The notes beneath the pieces are model-generated. The model ran no database searches, had not been told where the DNA came from, and saw only the letters and a list, made by a program, of their open reading frames with translations. DNA of 37,976 nucleotides from a virus (Duplodnaviria; Caudoviricetes). The position numbers and the translations under genes were made by a program. The DNA lies in the IMG/VR virus record IMGVR_UViG_3300043932_000064, positions 1 through 37,976 of that record. One strand, 5' to 3'. Each line of letters opens with the position of its first letter. The first letter of the stretch is position 1. Shown here one piece after another: positions 34,173 to 37,976 of this stretch.

Positions 34173-34473
34173 TATTATTCTTACCGTTCTTTTCTAAAGC
34201 ACGAAGGGACTTATATGCACCAATAATACCTTCATCCAAGAAACCATAGCAAGATCTTAATTCAATCTTTTTCACGTCACTATTAACGTACTTCAGATTT
34301 TCGTCTGCTATTTCCTTTGCTGCGGATATTAAATTATCTCGCGCATCGTCCGATATGGTCAAGAGATACAGCCATGGTGCAAGTGCTTTAAGAATATAAA
34401 CTGCTGAATAGAACACAAAAATGTATACGACAGCATGCATCAACATTGATAAAAAATATAAAAAATATAGCAT
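34156..34473 (-). CDS. Membrane protein convergent on the previous gene
   Basis: GAGGT RBS 7 nt before ATG 34473; long hydrophobic N-terminus; 105 aa open in AT-rich DNA. Confidence 0.55.
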   Translation of the reverse strand: MLYFLYFLSMLMHAVVYIFVFYSAVYILKALAPWLYLLTISDDARDNLISAAKEIADENLKYVNSDVKKIELRSCYGFLDEGIIGAYKSLRALEKNGKNNISSHW

Positions 34474-34499
34474 ATATTCTACCTCAAAGGAGAAATATA

Positions 34500-34889
34500 A
34501 TGATAGGCAACATGTGGATTGCTCCACTAATCAAACAACAAAAAATAGACGGTGAAACTCAATACCTTTTCCAAGCAGGCAGCAAAATCACCGGTTTGTC
34601 GTTCCCAACTTATTATACTATGGACGCATTGATATCCATATCTGAATTGGATCTATCAGACCATAAAATAGACCATAAAATTGAAATAAGGCTAGACGAT
34701 CAAATAATCTCAGTAAGTAATCTGAGTTCTGAGACTCTAATCGAAGCAAATATATTTGATGGTTCCCTGACCGCTGTAATTACACTAAGAAATTTTTTAT
34801 TAAAAGAGTCTGGCATCAAAAAGTTTTCCCTTTATGTTGATGGCCAAGAAATGTCTGCGTTTCGGCTTAACTTTTCATCAACAAAATAA
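34500..34889 (+). CDS. Beta-sandwich hypothetical protein (DUF6941-like)
   Basis: AAGGAG RBS; alternating beta pattern ending G...F.LYVDG. Family call is tentative. Confidence 0.65.
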   Translation: MIGNMWIAPLIKQQKIDGETQYLFQAGSKITGLSFPTYYTMDALISISELDLSDHKIDHKIEIRLDDQIISVSNLSSETLIEANIFDGSLTAVITLRNFLLKESGIKKFSLYVDGQEMSAFRLNFSSTK

Positions 34890-35000
34890 TTTTGCAGCTA
34901 CCACCTAGGGTATATCCTGGGAAAGAAGATCCAGATGATCAGATATGGCAGTAGATAAAAAACCTCGGCTGAGGGGCTTTTGAACTAGGAGCAATAAAAT

Positions 35001-35756
35001 ATGGACCCAAATCATTTTATCGATATGTATAATGCTTTGCCAGAAAACACAAAAGAAGCGCTTTTAAATCCAACAGCTCAAAGCATTGGAGATGCCATGG
35101 GTGGTGCGGCAAAGTTTATTCTGACTCCATTTAAAATGTTAGGTATCCTTAGTGACCATGCTTGTAATGATTTCAAAACAAGAATCAATAATAAATCGAA
35201 AGAAGTTCCGCTTGATAACCGAGATCCCAGTAAGCTTGGCCTGGTATTAAAAGCCATCGAAGAATCACGCTACCAGCTCAATGAAGATTTACTTCGAGAG
35301 ATCTATGCAAATCTAGTGGTTTCTAGTGTAGACAATCGAAAAAACAACAAAATAACTCCTAGATACGCGACCGCTCTGTCGCAACTAGGAGTTGATGATG
35401 TTAGATTTTTACAGAAGCTATACTTTGCTGAGTCTCACAATTTTCCTTGTGGTAGGCTTATTTCAAAACGTGATGGTGGTTCACTAATTCTTACAGAGCC
35501 AGCTTACTATCCAACAAACGGTTCAATCGCGGTTCGTATTGCTGAAACGTTGGATATTCTCGAATCATTAGGATTAATAAAAGTGTTCTTTGACACTTGG
35601 CTTTCAAGTGATATTTATTTTCAGAAATATTCTGAGATTGAAGGTTTTCTCAAAAACTTTCATCCAAGTTTTTTAGCAAACAATGTTGAGCTTGAAAAAG
35701 GATACATTAAGCTCAGTGATTTTGGCCTGTCTCTTTGCTCATGTATTTTTGAATAA
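35001..35756 (+). CDS. DUF4393/Abi-alpha family protein
   Basis: L..P.A.SIG, LREIYANL..SS.D.R and P.Y...LSQL..DD..FL motifs; L.SLGLI and LSDFG near the C-terminus. Confidence 0.78.
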   Translation: MDPNHFIDMYNALPENTKEALLNPTAQSIGDAMGGAAKFILTPFKMLGILSDHACNDFKTRINNKSKEVPLDNRDPSKLGLVLKAIEESRYQLNEDLLREIYANLVVSSVDNRKNNKITPRYATALSQLGVDDVRFLQKLYFAESHNFPCGRLISKRDGGSLILTEPAYYPTNGSIAVRIAETLDILESLGLIKVFFDTWLSSDIYFQKYSEIEGFLKNFHPSFLANNVELEKGYIKLSDFGLSLCSCIFE

Positions 35757-35859
35757 GCAGCTCAACTGCTTGTGTCTGCTCGTAATTCAAAACTATTTTT
35801 GCAAGGCCATCACTATAGCGAATAATTTGGCCATTTTCGAAATTTAATCCTTGTTCCAT
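35713..35859 (-). CDS. 48-aa protein convergent on the DUF4393 gene
   Basis: GAGGTG RBS, TATAAT at 35883-35878; MEQGLNFENGQIIRYSDG...GQNH*. Confidence 0.55.
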   Translation of the reverse strand: MEQGLNFENGQIIRYSDGLAKIVLNYEQTQAVELLIQKYMSKETGQNH

Positions 35860-35934
35860 GTCTGTCACCTCTAGCAAATTATACACCCCTTAAACTAAAT
35901 GGCACAAATATATAGACGTGGCAGCTAAAGCAGC

Positions 35935-36087
35935 ATGATAGCTGGCATGCTTGATGACTATTTAGGGCAGACGGGGCTGTCAATTGAAGAGATCAGCAAG
36001 GCTCAATTCATGGAGCAATGTGGCCTGTCTGGCCAGTACGACAGCGCTGTCGATCGCGTCCTAGCACTACGTCTAATTGGGATTTAG
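35935..36087 (+). pseudogene. Probable C-terminal remnant of an ImmA/IrrE-like metallopeptidase gene
   Basis: MIAGMLDDYLGQTGLSIEEISKAQFMEQCGL resembles the tail of phage ImmA proteins; no RBS, in-frame stop upstream, no HExxH. Confidence 0.45.
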
Positions 36088-36095
36088 TTGCAAAC

Positions 36096-36119
36096 AAAAA
36101 AGCCCGCGCTTGCGGGCTT
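36096..36119 (-). terminator. Hairpin/terminator at a cassette boundary
   Basis: AAAAAAGCCCGC-GCTT-GCGGGCTT. Confidence 0.7.
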
Positions 36120-36132
36120 GAAAGGATATGTT

Positions 36133-36231
36133 ATGAACGATAAGAATCATGTAAATGATACCACTGGCAAGCTTAAGGTCCCAGCACAAGAAGAAAGACA
36201 CGCACCAGCTTTCAAGAAATCATCCAAATAG
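36133..36231 (+). CDS. 32-aa hydrophilic peptide
   Basis: AAAGGA RBS; MNDKNHVNDTTGKLKVPAQEERHAPAFKKSSK*. Confidence 0.55.
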   Translation: MNDKNHVNDTTGKLKVPAQEERHAPAFKKSSK

Positions 36232-36233
36232 AA

Positions 36234-36860
36234 TTAGCTTTTCTTCTTTAGCGTGATCATGATGAACTGCTGCTTAAAGTTAATGTGCTGCTGAACGTCA
36301 TATGTGCTCTGTACCTCATTAGTAGCAATATTTTCAGCAACTTCATTGTAACTTGGCTGATCTTCCAACGTTTCAGTAATTGCTGGCACGATGTTGACAG
36401 AATAATTGTTAGTCGCATCCCCAGACACGTACGCTAAATATCCCCAGCCAAGTGGCTTATGGTCAAAGCTATAGCAATAAGCAAAGATTGGTTCATCGCT
36501 GGCGTTAATGTAGATAGCTTCCCAAGGACTAACTGCCGTAACTTCTGTTTTTCGGTTGCCAAGTCGAACTTTATTAACACACCAATAGATTAGCCGCTGA
36601 GCAGGATTTGCCAAAAGCAGTGTCACGGTAAATGACATGACAATAGTCAGCAATGCAGAGGCAACCAGCTTATGGGTGGCTTGCTGAATCAAGGTATAAA
36701 GTGCCATATCAATTGCCGTGAAAACGAGCGAGATAGCTATGCGGTTGTTATTTCCTTGTGCTTTATCGGCTGCCCCCACCAGGTCAACCAAGATGTAGTT
36801 CAGCGAACCTACCCCACCAACTGTAAGAAGTTCAAGCAAAATGCTGTTGAATGTGTTCAT
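36234..36860 (-). CDS. Three-TM membrane protein with soluble C-terminal domain
   Basis: 208-aa ORF, GAGGGGAG RBS, TATAAT at 36889-36884. Confidence 0.8.
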   Translation of the reverse strand: MNTFNSILLELLTVGGVGSLNYILVDLVGAADKAQGNNNRIAISLVFTAIDMALYTLIQQATHKLVASALLTIVMSFTVTLLLANPAQRLIYWCVNKVRLGNRKTEVTAVSPWEAIYINASDEPIFAYCYSFDHKPLGWGYLAYVSGDATNNYSVNIVPAITETLEDQPSYNEVAENIATNEVQSTYDVQQHINFKQQFIMITLKKKS

Positions 36861-36965
36861 GTTGATGTCTCCCCTCTACCTAAATTATAAGACAGATGAC
36901 GTGGACATGATAACACAAACAGGCCCGCAAGTGCGGGCTTAGAAGGATATAGAAAGAGGCAGAAC

Positions 36966-37436
36966 ATGGAATTGCTTTTATCTGACGAAGAAGCACAACA
37001 TTTGATCAGCATCATTAAGAACATAGTTCCACAGCAGCCACATGTTCTTGAAAAGACTGCCAAGGGTCAAATTTCTATCGAAGCCAAAGAAATAAAGCAT
37101 GGATTTATTCTGTATTACATGTTCGCATTGGACAATATCCATTTGAACTTCACTGATGCACGAACCCATCACACACTAGTAAGAATTAACTTAGACGAAA
37201 AATTCCATAAAAATAGTGACGGCCACAAAGTAAGAGGAAATCGTGTAGAAATATTTTCCGCTGAAGAATTTATAAAGAAGGGCGATGGATATACACACTA
37301 CAAAGCCTATTTATTGCCTTTTAAGACTATTCGGAATACAAATGACTTTTTCGAAGCTATGGATGATATACTAAACTACACACACACCAGCAAAGGAAAA
37401 GAAACAATTTTTGTTCACAACACTACACTACTATGA
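36966..37436 (+). CDS. DUF6978-like protein
   Basis: L.D.EA..LI...K, LVRINL....HKN.DG..V.G motifs; upstream of a DUF1828 gene. Confidence 0.7.
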   Translation: MELLLSDEEAQHLISIIKNIVPQQPHVLEKTAKGQISIEAKEIKHGFILYYMFALDNIHLNFTDARTHHTLVRINLDEKFHKNSDGHKVRGNRVEIFSAEEFIKKGDGYTHYKAYLLPFKTIRNTNDFFEAMDDILNYTHTSKGKETIFVHNTTLL

Positions 37437-37450
37437 ATGGAGGTGATCCC

Positions 37451-37876
37451 ATGTGTAGTCTTGAAAGAGAAATTGAAGCTATCACAGCTGATTGGCTTAA
37501 ATTCTTGTGTCAAAGTTATAACTTCAAAATAGTCGATGACAATCACATCAACGTTGTTACTCCACTGACCGATGCATTTGATGATGGAATAACTATTATG
37601 ATTTCAAAGCATAATCAAGAATACACTGTATCAGACCAAGGGTATACACTCTGGAACCTGGAGTCTCGAGGGATTAATATTTCCAAGGGTAGCCAACGGC
37701 AAAAAATTGTAAATTCTGTTATAAGAACAGAGAATGTAGAACTCTCAAAAGAAAAAGCGATTTTCAAGGTCGGGTTAAAAAGCCAAATTCCACAAATGAT
37801 TTTCGATGTAACCCAAGCAATCATCAAAGTTGGCAACTTAGGTTTAACAAACTTAAACTTCCCACACCAAAAATAA
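37451..37876 (+). CDS. DUF1828-domain protein (short form)
   Basis: GGAGGT RBS; V.TP..D.F.D.I.I, SDQGYTLWNL...G and QAII.V motifs. Confidence 0.75.
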   Translation: MCSLEREIEAITADWLKFLCQSYNFKIVDDNHINVVTPLTDAFDDGITIMISKHNQEYTVSDQGYTLWNLESRGINISKGSQRQKIVNSVIRTENVELSKEKAIFKVGLKSQIPQMIFDVTQAIIKVGNLGLTNLNFPHQK

Positions 37877-37976
37877 CTATGAAGCCTTGAAAACTCAATA
37901 GTTTAGCCAGTAAATATTCAATTAAGCTACTAGTGATGGCGATAATGCCTCTTGCATGTACTTTGGAAGGCGAGAA

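Larger units (their letters stand above)
33761..34962 (+). repeat. Direct repeat of the cI 3' end (33761-33822 and 34901-34962)
   Basis: 53 of 62 nt identical by manual alignment, 1140 nt apart; both encode ILGKKIQMIRYGSR*. Confidence 0.9.
160..37976. mobile_element. Temperate siphovirus prophage; right end and integrase lie outside the window
   Basis: Ordered lysis, tail, head, packaging, replication and lysogeny modules next to a host housekeeping gene. Left boundary is approximate. Confidence 0.96.

Noticed and set aside
37877-37976. Continuation of the DUF1828 gene by frameshift, or the end of a convergent gene
   Set aside because: Plus-strand frames give no recognisable continuation, and the window edge prevents assessment of minus-strand frames.

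Overview
Near-complete temperate siphovirus prophage of a Lactobacillaceae-type host, inserted just after the host rpmB (L28) gene, whose 3' end occupies positions 1-111. The minus strand, read right to left, carries cro, antirepressor, replication/recombination genes (initiator with internal iterons, DUF1351, ERF, SSB, RusA) and an ArpU-type late activator. These are followed by a ~1.2 kb structured non-coding late leader with tRNA-Trp, then terminases, portal, a phage-encoded Prp protease, a MuF minor head protein fused to an ADP-ribosyltransferase, capsid, tail genes and a lysis cassette. The plus strand at the right end carries cI and an AT-rich accessory/defence cassette array; the integrase is not in the window. 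The most unusual signal is the late leader: one real tRNA plus five T-loop tRNA-like elements, interspersed with hairpins whose loops are antisense to ribosome-binding sites, ending in a terminator directly before terS. Family assignments come from motif recognition by eye, not from database searches.
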